A DNA stretch of 44,693 nt from Candidatus Tenderia sp. (GTDB lineage Bacteria; Pseudomonadota; Gammaproteobacteria; Tenderiales; Tenderiaceae), in the NCBI GenBank assembly GCA_031416075.1, contig JANOSY010000026.1:1-44693 (forward strand). Direction: 5' to 3'. Below the pieces are notes generated by a model. That model saw nothing but the letters and a program-made list of their open reading frames with translations, was not told where the DNA came from and ran no database searches. Both the position numbers and the translations under genes were made by a program. Each line of letters opens with the position of its first letter. The first letter of the stretch is position 1. Below, piece after piece: positions 28,493 through 37,215 of this stretch.

Positions 28493-29721
28493 TGCAGACG
28501 CAACTCTCTGAACAGTTTGGTGCCACCGCTGCCGGCAGCGAGGCTGAGCGTATTATTCGTAGCTGTGTACATTGTGGTTTTTGCACCGCTACCTGTCCTA
28601 CCTATCAGTTGCTGGGGGATGAGCTGGATGGGCCGCGGGGCAGGATCTATCTGATCAAACAGATGTTGGAAGGGAACGAGGTGAGCCGGAAGACTCAGGG
28701 CCATCTTGATCGCTGCCTCACCTGTCGCGCCTGTGAAACAACCTGCCCATCTGGGGTGGAGTATGGCCGTTTGGTGGATATTGGCCGCGCTGAGACGGAG
28801 CGGCGGGTGGTGCGTCCGCTGAGCCAACGTCTGGCCCGTCGGTTGTTGATGGCGGTGATCCCGTATAAAACTCGGTTTGGTCTGTTGTTACGTATTGGAC
28901 AGGCAGTGCGGCCACTGCTGCCAATGAAGTTGCGCCGCGCTATTCCCATCGCGACAGCGCCACCGATATGGCCGGCGGTACGTCACTCCCGGCGAATGGT
29001 GGCGCTGGGTGGCTGTGTGCAACCGGCGCTGGCCCCCAATATTGATGCGGCACTGGCGCGGGTGCTTGATGGCATCGGCATCTCCCTGCTGCAGACCCCT
29101 GATTCAGGCTGTTGTGGTGCAGTGAGCCACCATCTTAGCGCCGAGGCGCGTACCCTGGCGTTTGCCCGGCGTAATATCGACGCCTGGTGGCCGGCGATTG
29201 AAGCGGGGGCTGAGGCGATTATTGTCACCGCCAGTGGCTGTGGTGTGGTGGTGAAAGAGTATGGCTACCTGCTGCGGGATGATCCCGACTATGCCGCCAA
29301 GGCGGCGCGGGTGGCTGAGCTGGCACGTGATCCGGTGGAGGTATTGCTGGCAGAGCGTGAGGCGGTGGTGGCCCGATTTCGTCTGGCCCAGCCGGTTGCC
29401 GTTGCCTTTCACTCCCCTTGCACCCTTCAGCACGGGCAGAAGCTGCCGGGGCGGGTGGAGTCTCTGCTACGGGAGTGTGGTTATCAATTGACGGAGGTGG
29501 CGGACGCTCACCTCTGCTGTGGATCTGCTGGCACCTATTCGTTGACACAGCCGACGTTGTCGCGGCAGTTACGCAGTAACAAACTCGCTGCATTAGAGGC
29601 GGGCAAACCGGTAATAATCGCTACGGCCAATATCGGTTGCCTTAGCCACTTGCAGGGTGGAACGGATACGCCGATCACACACTGGATCGAGATGTTTGAT
29701 CGTAATCTCAATGCAGTTTGA
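28492..29721 (+). CDS. glcF: Glycolate oxidase iron-sulfur subunit
   Basis: CVHCGFCTATCP and CLTCRACETTCP 4Fe-4S motifs; two CCG domains. Confidence 0.96.
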   Translation: MQTQLSEQFGATAAGSEAERIIRSCVHCGFCTATCPTYQLLGDELDGPRGRIYLIKQMLEGNEVSRKTQGHLDRCLTCRACETTCPSGVEYGRLVDIGRAETERRVVRPLSQRLARRLLMAVIPYKTRFGLLLRIGQAVRPLLPMKLRRAIPIATAPPIWPAVRHSRRMVALGGCVQPALAPNIDAALARVLDGIGISLLQTPDSGCCGAVSHHLSAEARTLAFARRNIDAWWPAIEAGAEAIIVTASGCGVVVKEYGYLLRDDPDYAAKAARVAELARDPVEVLLAEREAVVARFRLAQPVAVAFHSPCTLQHGQKLPGRVESLLRECGYQLTEVADAHLCCGSAGTYSLTQPTLSRQLRSNKLAALEAGKPVIIATANIGCLSHLQGGTDTPITHWIEMFDRNLNAV

Positions 29722-30734
29722 TTAGCGTGACTTCTCGTGTCGTAGTGCTGGTGGCCACCACTCTATTTTTATTATTCAGTGGTCAATCATATGTCAGTGC
29801 TGCTGATGTAGCATCCCCGTGTCTGTTGATGGATAACAATGTCGATCAGCTTGACTGTTTCAGAAAAAATAGCAGCAGTGACAATCATAGTGCTGCTTCT
29901 CAAACAGAAAACAAGCCAATGATAAAACCGTCGCTCACCAGCATATGGGAGCTGAATGACGAACATAATCGGGGTACTTTTCACCTTCAGCCATATCGCG
30001 CCAACTATTTTTTGCCGGTTAGATATAGCAACCGGATGAATCTGAAACCCAACAGCCCAGCAGATGATCATTCAATAATTAATGACCTGCCATTGAATGT
30101 GACGGAGGCAAAATTTCAGTTCAGTGTTAAATTCAAGGTATGGGAGACGTTGTTTAAAAACAATGGCGACCTCTGGTTTGGTTATACACAGCAATCAAAT
30201 TGGCAGCTTTATAATGGAACCGATATTGTCTCTGCCGCATTTCGTGAAACCAACTATGAACCAGAAGTGATCCTCACGTTAAGAACAGATAGATCTCTAT
30301 TGGGCTGGCACTGGCGTATGTTGAATATTGGATTTTTGCATCAATCGAATGGACGGGAGCTACCGTTGTCGCGCAGCTGGAATAGATTATACGGAGAGTT
30401 TGGATTGGAAAGAGGTCGGCTTACCCTGAATGTGCGACCGTGGTTAAGAGTGCCCGAAAAAAGTAAAAAAGATGACAATTCCGATATTCGTTATTATCTG
30501 GGGTCAAGTGATACACGTTTGACCTACGTGGATGACGGCAATGTCTATTCAATACTCGGTCGTTACAGTATGAGTGGCCGACGTGGTGCCTTGCAGTTGG
30601 ATTGGGCCTTTCCTATCTCTGGTGCATTAAAGGGATACGTACAGCTATTTAGTGGTTATGGTGAGAGCCTGATTGACTACAACCATTCGCAGACAGTGTT
30701 AGGTGTTGGTGTTCTGCTGGTGCCCTGGCAGTAG
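29718..30734 (+). CDS. pldA: Outer membrane phospholipase A1 (OMPLA)
   Basis: EAKFQFSVK, YTQQSNWQ, FRETNYEPE, catalytic HQSNG, SRSWNR, GYGESLIDYN; exact start uncertain. Confidence 0.9.
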   Translation: MISVTSRVVVLVATTLFLLFSGQSYVSAADVASPCLLMDNNVDQLDCFRKNSSSDNHSAASQTENKPMIKPSLTSIWELNDEHNRGTFHLQPYRANYFLPVRYSNRMNLKPNSPADDHSIINDLPLNVTEAKFQFSVKFKVWETLFKNNGDLWFGYTQQSNWQLYNGTDIVSAAFRETNYEPEVILTLRTDRSLLGWHWRMLNIGFLHQSNGRELPLSRSWNRLYGEFGLERGRLTLNVRPWLRVPEKSKKDDNSDIRYYLGSSDTRLTYVDDGNVYSILGRYSMSGRRGALQLDWAFPISGALKGYVQLFSGYGESLIDYNHSQTVLGVGVLLVPWQ

Positions 30735-30866
30735 CAGTATTGACTGTATAGTCAGGAATGGCTGCTTCGGTATGTTTACTGTGGAGCTGTTCTGGTGTAA
30801 TCCGCCATGTTAAACGGTATTGTTTGGCGATACTGATTGCCGTGGGCAAACAAAAGGAAGCGTGTT

Positions 30867-31664
30867 GTGTGGTTTCGTACTGGATGTGATATTACCTTTG
30901 ACGTCAGCGTTGATACGCCGTTTATCCTGATGTTGCGTCCACGCAGTGGACATAATCAATGGGTGGCGCGCGAGTCCTACACCTTGAAGCCCAGCGTACT
31001 GGCGGTTGAGTTCACCGATACTTATGGGAATCTTTGCCAGCGGCTGGTTGCACCGCCGGGTACTTTTTCCATACATACCTCGGCGGATATATTAATTGCC
31101 GACGGTATCATCACCAATCCAGGTGCTCCCTTTGAGGATGTGCAGACATTACCCGACGCGGTGCTTACCTATCTTCTGCCTTCACGGTATTGTGAGGCGG
31201 ACAGGTTTATCGATTTGGGTCAGGAGATTGTTGCCGGGGCCTTGCCAGGTTACGATCAAGTGGCCGCTATAGAGAACTGGATACGTAATAATATTCGTTT
31301 TAATCCAGACTCCCCTCATTTTCAGCTGTCTGCGGTAGAGGTCAATCGGCAGCGTGAAGGGGTGTGTCGTGATCTTGCGCACATAGCCATAGCGCTCTGT
31401 CGTGGTCTCTGTATCCCTGCACGTATGGTGGTGGGATATCTGCATAATTTGGTACCGATGGATTTTCATGCTTGGTTTGAGGCATATGTGGGTGGCCGCT
31501 GGTATACCTTTGATGCAACTCAGCCTCACTCTTGTGGTGGTCGTATCACGGTAGCCTACGGGCGTGATGCTGCGGATGTGGCCATCTTCAACCAGTTTGG
31601 CCCTGTGTTATATCCACGGACGATGTCCGTCCATGTGGCGATGCTGGATGAGGCACCTGATTAA
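30867..31664 (+). CDS. Transglutaminase-like protein
   Basis: [17 protein letters not shown] and FDAT supply the Cys-His-Asp triad; GRDAADVA. Start approximate. Confidence 0.9.
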   Translation: MWFRTGCDITFDVSVDTPFILMLRPRSGHNQWVARESYTLKPSVLAVEFTDTYGNLCQRLVAPPGTFSIHTSADILIADGIITNPGAPFEDVQTLPDAVLTYLLPSRYCEADRFIDLGQEIVAGALPGYDQVAAIENWIRNNIRFNPDSPHFQLSAVEVNRQREGVCRDLAHIAIALCRGLCIPARMVVGYLHNLVPMDFHAWFEAYVGGRWYTFDATQPHSCGGRITVAYGRDAADVAIFNQFGPVLYPRTMSVHVAMLDEAPD

Positions 31665-31666
31665 TT

Positions 31667-32524
31667 ATGATGCAGCGATTGCGTATTAAACATCTGACGG
31701 AATATGTTTTCTCTACTCCTGTGGTGCTCAAGCAGCATCGATTGTTATTACGCCCACGCGAGGGACATGATGTACGTATTGAATCGTCAAAGCTGGATAT
31801 TACACCCGCGTACAATATTAAATGGCAGCGTGATGTATTTGATAACTCCCTGGCACTGGTCAATTTTCAGGGCCACTCAAGGCAGTTAACCATAGCCAGT
31901 GAGGTGGTTATCCAGCACTTTGACCATGCACCTTACGATTTTCTGGTTGACGACTATGCAGTTAATTTTCCTTTTAACTATGCGCTGGATGAACAGGCTG
32001 ATTTGGCGGCGTATCAGCAGCTGATCTTTCCCAATGATCGGTACATTATCAACGAGTGGTTGTTGCCATTGGGGCTGTATGGCATGCAGACCTTTGGCCT
32101 GTTGTTGAAATTGAATCAGACCATCAACAGTCAGTTTTTATATCAGGTAAGAGAGGAGGCGGGGGTTCAATCGCCGACACAGACGCTAGTACAGCGCAGT
32201 GGTTCTTGCCGCGATTACGCCACGCTTTTTATTGAAGCTTGCCGCTGTCTGGGTTTGGCTAGCCGTTTTGTTAGTGGTTATTTACACGCGCCAGCAACAG
32301 AAGCTGGTAATGCCACCACCCACGCTTGGGTGGAGGTTTATCTACCCGGCACCGGTTGGAAAGGGTTTGATCCGACGTCTGGTGTGGTGACCGGCAATCG
32401 ACATATCGCCGTTGCGGTTGCACGTGACCCAGAAGCGGTGCCGCCCGTCTCGGGCAGCTTTGTCGGGCCGGATGTGACAACGCCGACACTGCGGGTGAAT
32501 GTGCAAGTGAATCTGCTTGTATGA
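31667..32524 (+). CDS. Transglutaminase-like protein with bacterial N-terminal domain
   Basis: LRIKHLTEY, GSCRDYA, RFVSGY, THAWVEVYLPG, FDPT. Confidence 0.92.
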   Translation: MMQRLRIKHLTEYVFSTPVVLKQHRLLLRPREGHDVRIESSKLDITPAYNIKWQRDVFDNSLALVNFQGHSRQLTIASEVVIQHFDHAPYDFLVDDYAVNFPFNYALDEQADLAAYQQLIFPNDRYIINEWLLPLGLYGMQTFGLLLKLNQTINSQFLYQVREEAGVQSPTQTLVQRSGSCRDYATLFIEACRCLGLASRFVSGYLHAPATEAGNATTHAWVEVYLPGTGWKGFDPTSGVVTGNRHIAVAVARDPEAVPPVSGSFVGPDVTTPTLRVNVQVNLLV

Positions 32525-32683
32525 AGTGCAGATAATTACTTTATCTGGTTGACGGTGGTATATCCGCTCTACCCAGTATAGTTAACGACACATCTATTTA
32601 GTTTGTGGTTTGTTAGTGACCTGCCTTTATTTGAGCACGCATCTTGCTAAGAATGAATATGGAAGTTATTTATAGGACCGCGT

Positions 32684-34135
32684 ATGTCGATTGATTTTAA
32701 AAATTATGATTCTGGCAAGTGCTACGACGAACTGATCTCCAGTAAGGGTAATCCGCGGCGCGTGGCGCAAGTGTTGTGTCGCTATTTTTCCAAGTTGAAC
32801 GATGCCGAGGTCACCGAGCTGAAACAAGCGGTGGATCTGGCCATCAAGGCGCTGGGCATCTCTTTTACGGTGTATAGCGAAGGGAATAATATTGATCGTT
32901 CATGGCCGCTGGATCTGATTCCACGCATGATCAGCAGCAAGGAGTGGCAGAAGACCGATCGCGGCCTCAAACAGCGATTGATGGCCCTCAATCTGTTTAT
33001 TGATGATCTCTATCACAAACAGCGGATTGTGAAGGATGGTGTATTTCCGCCAGAGGTACTGGCGGGCGCACGTAACTATCGCAAACAGTGCGAAGGGGTC
33101 TCGCCCCCTTTTGGTGTCTGGGCCCATATTTGTGGCGCTGATTTGGTGCGTGGTGGTGATGGTACTCAGTATGTGCTGGAGGATAACCTGCGTGTCCCTT
33201 CCGGTGTCTCCTACATGCTGGAGAATCGCCACGTTATGAAGCGGGTCTTCCCGGAGCTTTTTGAAGATATAAATATACTGCCGGTGGATGATTACACCAC
33301 CCAGCTATACGAGATGCTGGCGGCCATCTCGCCACGTCAGGGCGAAGTGCCGGAGGTGGTGGTACTAACGCCGGGCATCTACAACTCCGCCTATTTTGAA
33401 CACAGCTATCTGGCCCAACAGATGGGCGCCGGACTGGTGCAGGGCAGCGACCTGGTGGTGGATAGTGATGATTGTGTCTACATGCGCACTATCTATGGCA
33501 TGAAACGGGTCGATGTGATCTACCGTCGTATCGATGATGACTTTCTCGATCCAGAGGCGTTTCGTAAAGATTCAGCCCTTGGCGTAAAGGGGCTGATGCG
33601 CGCCTGGCGCAAGGGCAACGTGGCAATCGCCAACGCACCCGGCGCGGGCGTGGCGGATGACAAGGTGGTCTACGCCTTTGTGCCGGAGATGATTCGTTAC
33701 TACCTGGGTGAAGAGCCGATCATCCCCAACGTGCCCACCTATCTCTGCATGAAGGAGGAGGATCGTAACTATGTGCTCGATCATCTTGCCGAGCTGGTGG
33801 TAAAACCGGCCAACGAATCGGGTGGTTATGGCCTGCTGATTGGGCCGCATGCCACCAAAAAGGAGCTTAAAGAGTTTGCCGCCCTGATCAAACATGATCC
33901 ACGCAACTATATCGCCCAGCCGACACTTGATCTCTCCACTGTGCCAACTCTGGTGGATGGTGGCGTGGCGCCACGCCATGTTGACCTGCGTCCCTTCACA
34001 CTGCAAGGCAAAAAGATTTATGTCACCACCGGTGGCCTGAGTCGTGTTGCACTGCCGGAAGGGTCGCTGGTGGTCAATTCGTCGCAAGGGGGTGGCAGTA
34101 AAGATACCTGGGTTGTAGATGTGGGAGATAAATAA
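32684..34135 (+). CDS. Circularly permuted type 2 ATP-grasp protein
   Basis: VLEDNLRVPSGVSY, LTPGIYNSAYFEH, DVIYRRIDDDFLDP, VVNSSQGGGSKDTWV. Confidence 0.95.
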   Translation: MSIDFKNYDSGKCYDELISSKGNPRRVAQVLCRYFSKLNDAEVTELKQAVDLAIKALGISFTVYSEGNNIDRSWPLDLIPRMISSKEWQKTDRGLKQRLMALNLFIDDLYHKQRIVKDGVFPPEVLAGARNYRKQCEGVSPPFGVWAHICGADLVRGGDGTQYVLEDNLRVPSGVSYMLENRHVMKRVFPELFEDINILPVDDYTTQLYEMLAAISPRQGEVPEVVVLTPGIYNSAYFEHSYLAQQMGAGLVQGSDLVVDSDDCVYMRTIYGMKRVDVIYRRIDDDFLDPEAFRKDSALGVKGLMRAWRKGNVAIANAPGAGVADDKVVYAFVPEMIRYYLGEEPIIPNVPTYLCMKEEDRNYVLDHLAELVVKPANESGGYGLLIGPHATKKELKEFAALIKHDPRNYIAQPTLDLSTVPTLVDGGVAPRHVDLRPFTLQGKKIYVTTGGLSRVALPEGSLVVNSSQGGGSKDTWVVDVGDK

Positions 34136-35067
34136 TGTTGTCGCGGGTAGCTGAAAACGTATATTGGATGGCGCGTTATCTGGAGCGGGCTGAAGATACC
34201 GCGCGGCTGATCAATAGCATGTCCAACTTGTTGCTCGACATGCCTAATGATGTGGAGATTGGCTGGTACGAGCTGCTCAATGTGGTCGGTGCTGAAAAAC
34301 TCTACAACGAACACTATCCGGATAAAACTGACGAGCGCACGGTGATGCGTTTTCTTATTTGCGATACGCGCAACCCCGGCGCCATCGTCACCTGCATCAA
34401 CGCCATGCGCGAAAATGCCCGTGTCAGCCGTGACATCGTGCCCAATGAAGTGTGGGAGCAGGCCAACGAGTTGTTTCTCTATTCGTCGGAGCACGCCAAG
34501 GCGTCGGTCAGCCGCCGCAAGCGCAGCGACTTTATGAGCGGTGTGATCCGCGGCTGTCAGACTATGACCGGCATCATGATGGGCACACTGCCCCATGACG
34601 ATGCCTACCAGTTTCTGCGCATCGGTCGTAACCTGGAGCGGGCCGATATGAGCAGCCGCATTATCGATATGGCGGCGGCCAGGCTGCTGTCGGAGGAGGA
34701 GGATTTCAACCCGGCCTTTGCCACGGTGCGCTGGATCAGCGTGCTTAAATCACTGAATGCCTTCCAGGCCTATCGGCAGCAGGGGTTTCTTGGTGTCAAT
34801 GGCGCCAATGTGCTCGACTATCTGCTGCATAAACGAGATTTCCCCCGCTCCATGGGTCACTGTCTGGAGGAGGTTGGTAGCTGTTTTGCGGCGATTCAAA
34901 ATCCAGAGGTGCCGTATACCCATCTCAATAAACTGCTTAAGGAGCTGGAGGCAGTCAACACCAAACAGCTTAAACGTAGCGGATTGCATAAATTCATCGA
35001 CCAGTTCCAGGTAGGCGTTGGCCAGTTGCACAAGGCGATTGCCGACACCTATTTTCGTATCCAATAG
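34135..35067 (+). CDS. Alpha-E domain protein
   Basis: MLSRVAENVYWMARYLERAEDTAR and GRNLERAD (ER motifs), FPRS; coupled to the ATP-grasp gene. Confidence 0.95.
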   Translation: MLSRVAENVYWMARYLERAEDTARLINSMSNLLLDMPNDVEIGWYELLNVVGAEKLYNEHYPDKTDERTVMRFLICDTRNPGAIVTCINAMRENARVSRDIVPNEVWEQANELFLYSSEHAKASVSRRKRSDFMSGVIRGCQTMTGIMMGTLPHDDAYQFLRIGRNLERADMSSRIIDMAAARLLSEEEDFNPAFATVRWISVLKSLNAFQAYRQQGFLGVNGANVLDYLLHKRDFPRSMGHCLEEVGSCFAAIQNPEVPYTHLNKLLKELEAVNTKQLKRSGLHKFIDQFQVGVGQLHKAIADTYFRIQ

Positions 35068-35613
35068 AACCAATGCGATGTTTTTAACGTAGTTGCGGAC
35101 AAGCGATATTTTTCGAAACATAGTGACCGCCACAAATGTAGCGGTGGCTTTTGTTATGACTCCGCGATAGGTAGCTATTGACCCCGACAAATAAAGTTCG
35201 TCGATAATGTATATGATAACCCATTGATTTATCAGAACCCACTCACAGAGTGAATGTCCGTCGCAGAGCAGCCCATGCGAGAGGCGAGCATCGTAGTAAA
35301 AATTAAGTCCGTCGGATCAATTCAGCCGTGATTTGTAGTGCGGTGAGCAATCACATGTGATTGACCTAAAAATCTATCTGGATGGCCAACCGGTCGCATC
35401 CACTTAAGCGATGGATTCCAACCATGTTTTGGTATTGTTTAGTCCGCTCCCGCTGCACAGATACCATTCCCAGCGGCTAGGCTGAAGCTGGCAATGGGTC
35501 GAGACAGCCATCGGCCAGGAGCTGCCCATCAGGACAAGAGCCGTGAACGGCTGCACCAATACTGATTGCGGACATTCACATTCTGATTAGTGAGGATGAT
35601 TGTCCAGTACAGT

Positions 35614-36321
35614 TCAATCACCACAAGACGCTTTCCTCGGCCTACCCACCCCTTTCGATATAGTGCGTCGTTGGGACAGGCGCTCGATCTGTTCCTTGAA
35701 CCGTTCACTACCCAGCGCCCAGCCCTTGTGCGTACATTCCCGAATTTCTTTCAACGCGTCGTTTGAAACAGCCGCCCTGAACAATTGCCGATAGGCGCTT
35801 TGTCGGTCCGCCGCGCTCCGACCCAGGCGCTGATACTCCTTGTGGGGCGTCAGCCAATCCGCGTTCGGCCCGGTTTCGCCCTGCGCATTGAAGGCGTAAC
35901 TTGACCAGGAATAGTCTCTCGGGTGCGTCACCATGCCTGCCCGCGCGGGGTTGAGTTCGATATAGCGCATCAAGGTCAGCAGGTACTGCTCGCTATCCAC
36001 CACCGTCGCGCGGTAGCGCCCTTCCCACAAGGTGCCGCTGCGCTTGTAGGTGTAGTTGAAGTACTGCACGTATTTTCTTCCCGCAGACTGGAAGACCTTG
36101 CTGATGCTGTCGTCGAATTCAGGGGTGGCCAGCAGATGAATGTGGTTGGTCATCCAGACATAGGCGTGAATGGCCAGGCCTTGCTTAAGCGCAGCATCAA
36201 CCAGCGCATCACGGAAGAACTGATAATCCGCTTCGGCGGCAAAGATCGCTTGCCGGTTGTTGCCACGCTGGATGATGTGCTGCGGCTGGCCAGGGATAAC
36301 GTAGCGAGGAAGACGGGCCAT
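35614..36321 (-). CDS. REP-associated tyrosine transposase (RAYT, HUH Y1 family), apparently intact
   Basis: MARLPR..HIIQRGNNR, MTNHIHLL (HUH), GTLWEGRY, RYIELNP (catalytic Tyr), WSSY. Confidence 0.92.
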   Translation of the reverse strand: MARLPRYVIPGQPQHIIQRGNNRQAIFAAEADYQFFRDALVDAALKQGLAIHAYVWMTNHIHLLATPEFDDSISKVFQSAGRKYVQYFNYTYKRSGTLWEGRYRATVVDSEQYLLTLMRYIELNPARAGMVTHPRDYSWSSYAFNAQGETGPNADWLTPHKEYQRLGRSAADRQSAYRQLFRAAVSNDALKEIRECTHKGWALGSERFKEQIERLSQRRTISKGVGRPRKASCGD

Positions 36322-36426
36322 GAGCGTTCATCCAAAATGATGTTCGAGGCCGAAGCATAGCATTAAACAATCGTGTCTGACCCCATTTCTGTGACCCCAT
36401 TTCTGGTCATGACCCATTTCTGGTCA

Positions 36427-36525
36427 ATAATCCGCTTCGGCGGCAAAGATGGCTTGCCGGTTGTTACCCCGCTGGATGATGTGCTGCGGCTGGCCAGGGA
36501 TAACGTAGCGAGGAAGACGGGCCAT
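36427..36525 (-). pseudogene. RAYT 5' fragment (33 codons), near-identical to the intact copy
   Basis: Translates MARLPRYVIPGQPQHIIQRGNNRQAIFAAEADY, then a TGA created by the repeat junction. Confidence 0.88.
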
Positions 36526-36604
36526 GAGCGTTCATCCAAAATAATGTTCGAGGCCGAATCATAGTATGAAACAATCGTGTCTGACCCCATTTCTTTCCAT
36601 TTCT

Positions 36605-36901
36605 TTACAGTGTACCGGTTCGTTTGTAAGAATAATTAAAGTATTGAACATAGTAACGCCCAAGCATTTGCATCATCTTCCCGATGCCGTTTTCGGTATG
36701 GGGTGTTACCAGTAAATGCACATGATTGGTCATCAATACGTAGGCATGAATAGCGCACTGATGTTTGTTTGCGGCTTCTGCCAGTTTTTCAAGAAAAAAT
36801 GGATAATCCACTTCGGCACGAAATATCGCCTGTCGATTATTGCCGCGCTGGATAACGTGTTGCGGCTGTCCGGGGATGGCAAAGCGGGGTAATCGGGCCA
36901 T
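36605..36901 (-). pseudogene. Truncated second RAYT paralogue (98 aa)
   Basis: MARLPRFAIPG...MTNHVHLL...KRTGTL*. It stops where the intact copy continues WEGRY and lacks the catalytic Tyr. Confidence 0.9.
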
Positions 36902-37215
36902 AGGTGCTGTCTTTTTACATGAATAATGAGGTCAAGTTAACAGGGTTTGGATTGAAGATCAACGAGTCTGACCCCTTGATCTTTTGTGATCTTTTGTGAT
37001 CTTTTGTGACCCCTTGATCTTTTGCGGACTTCAGCTTTTAATGAAGCAGTCGTGGGCAAGGTAGCCCGCTCCTTGGTCTTAAGTAAGTGCCATTCGAGTC
37101 TGACCCCTTGATTCTCATGAATAATGAGGTCAAGTTAACAGGGTTTGGATTGAAAATCAACGAGTCTGACCCCTTGATTTGCCGCTTGATTTGCCTTGAT
37201 TTGATTTCTTCGGTT

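Larger units (their letters stand above)
36375..37210. repeat. Tract with five GTCTGACCCC motifs, stutter repeats and two longer direct repeats
   Basis: Motif at 36375, 36579, 36966, 37098 and 37164. Direct repeats 36223-36390/36427-36594 and 36918-36980/37116-37178. Confidence 0.92.

Noticed and set aside
32633-32648. Sigma-54-like promoter GAGCACGCATCTTGCT before the ATP-grasp gene
   Set aside because: The -12 element and spacing are good, but the invariant -24 GG is AG, so it cannot be called functional.
35195-35222. Functional chromosomal dif site
   Set aside because: Only the central ATAATGTATAT matches and the XerD arm TTATGTTAAAT is absent. It is kept only as a possible scar.
36375-37210. 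CRISPR array
   Set aside because: The repeats are about 10-17 bp with irregular spacing (66-387 bp), the 'spacers' are RAYT leaders and fragments, and there are no cas genes.
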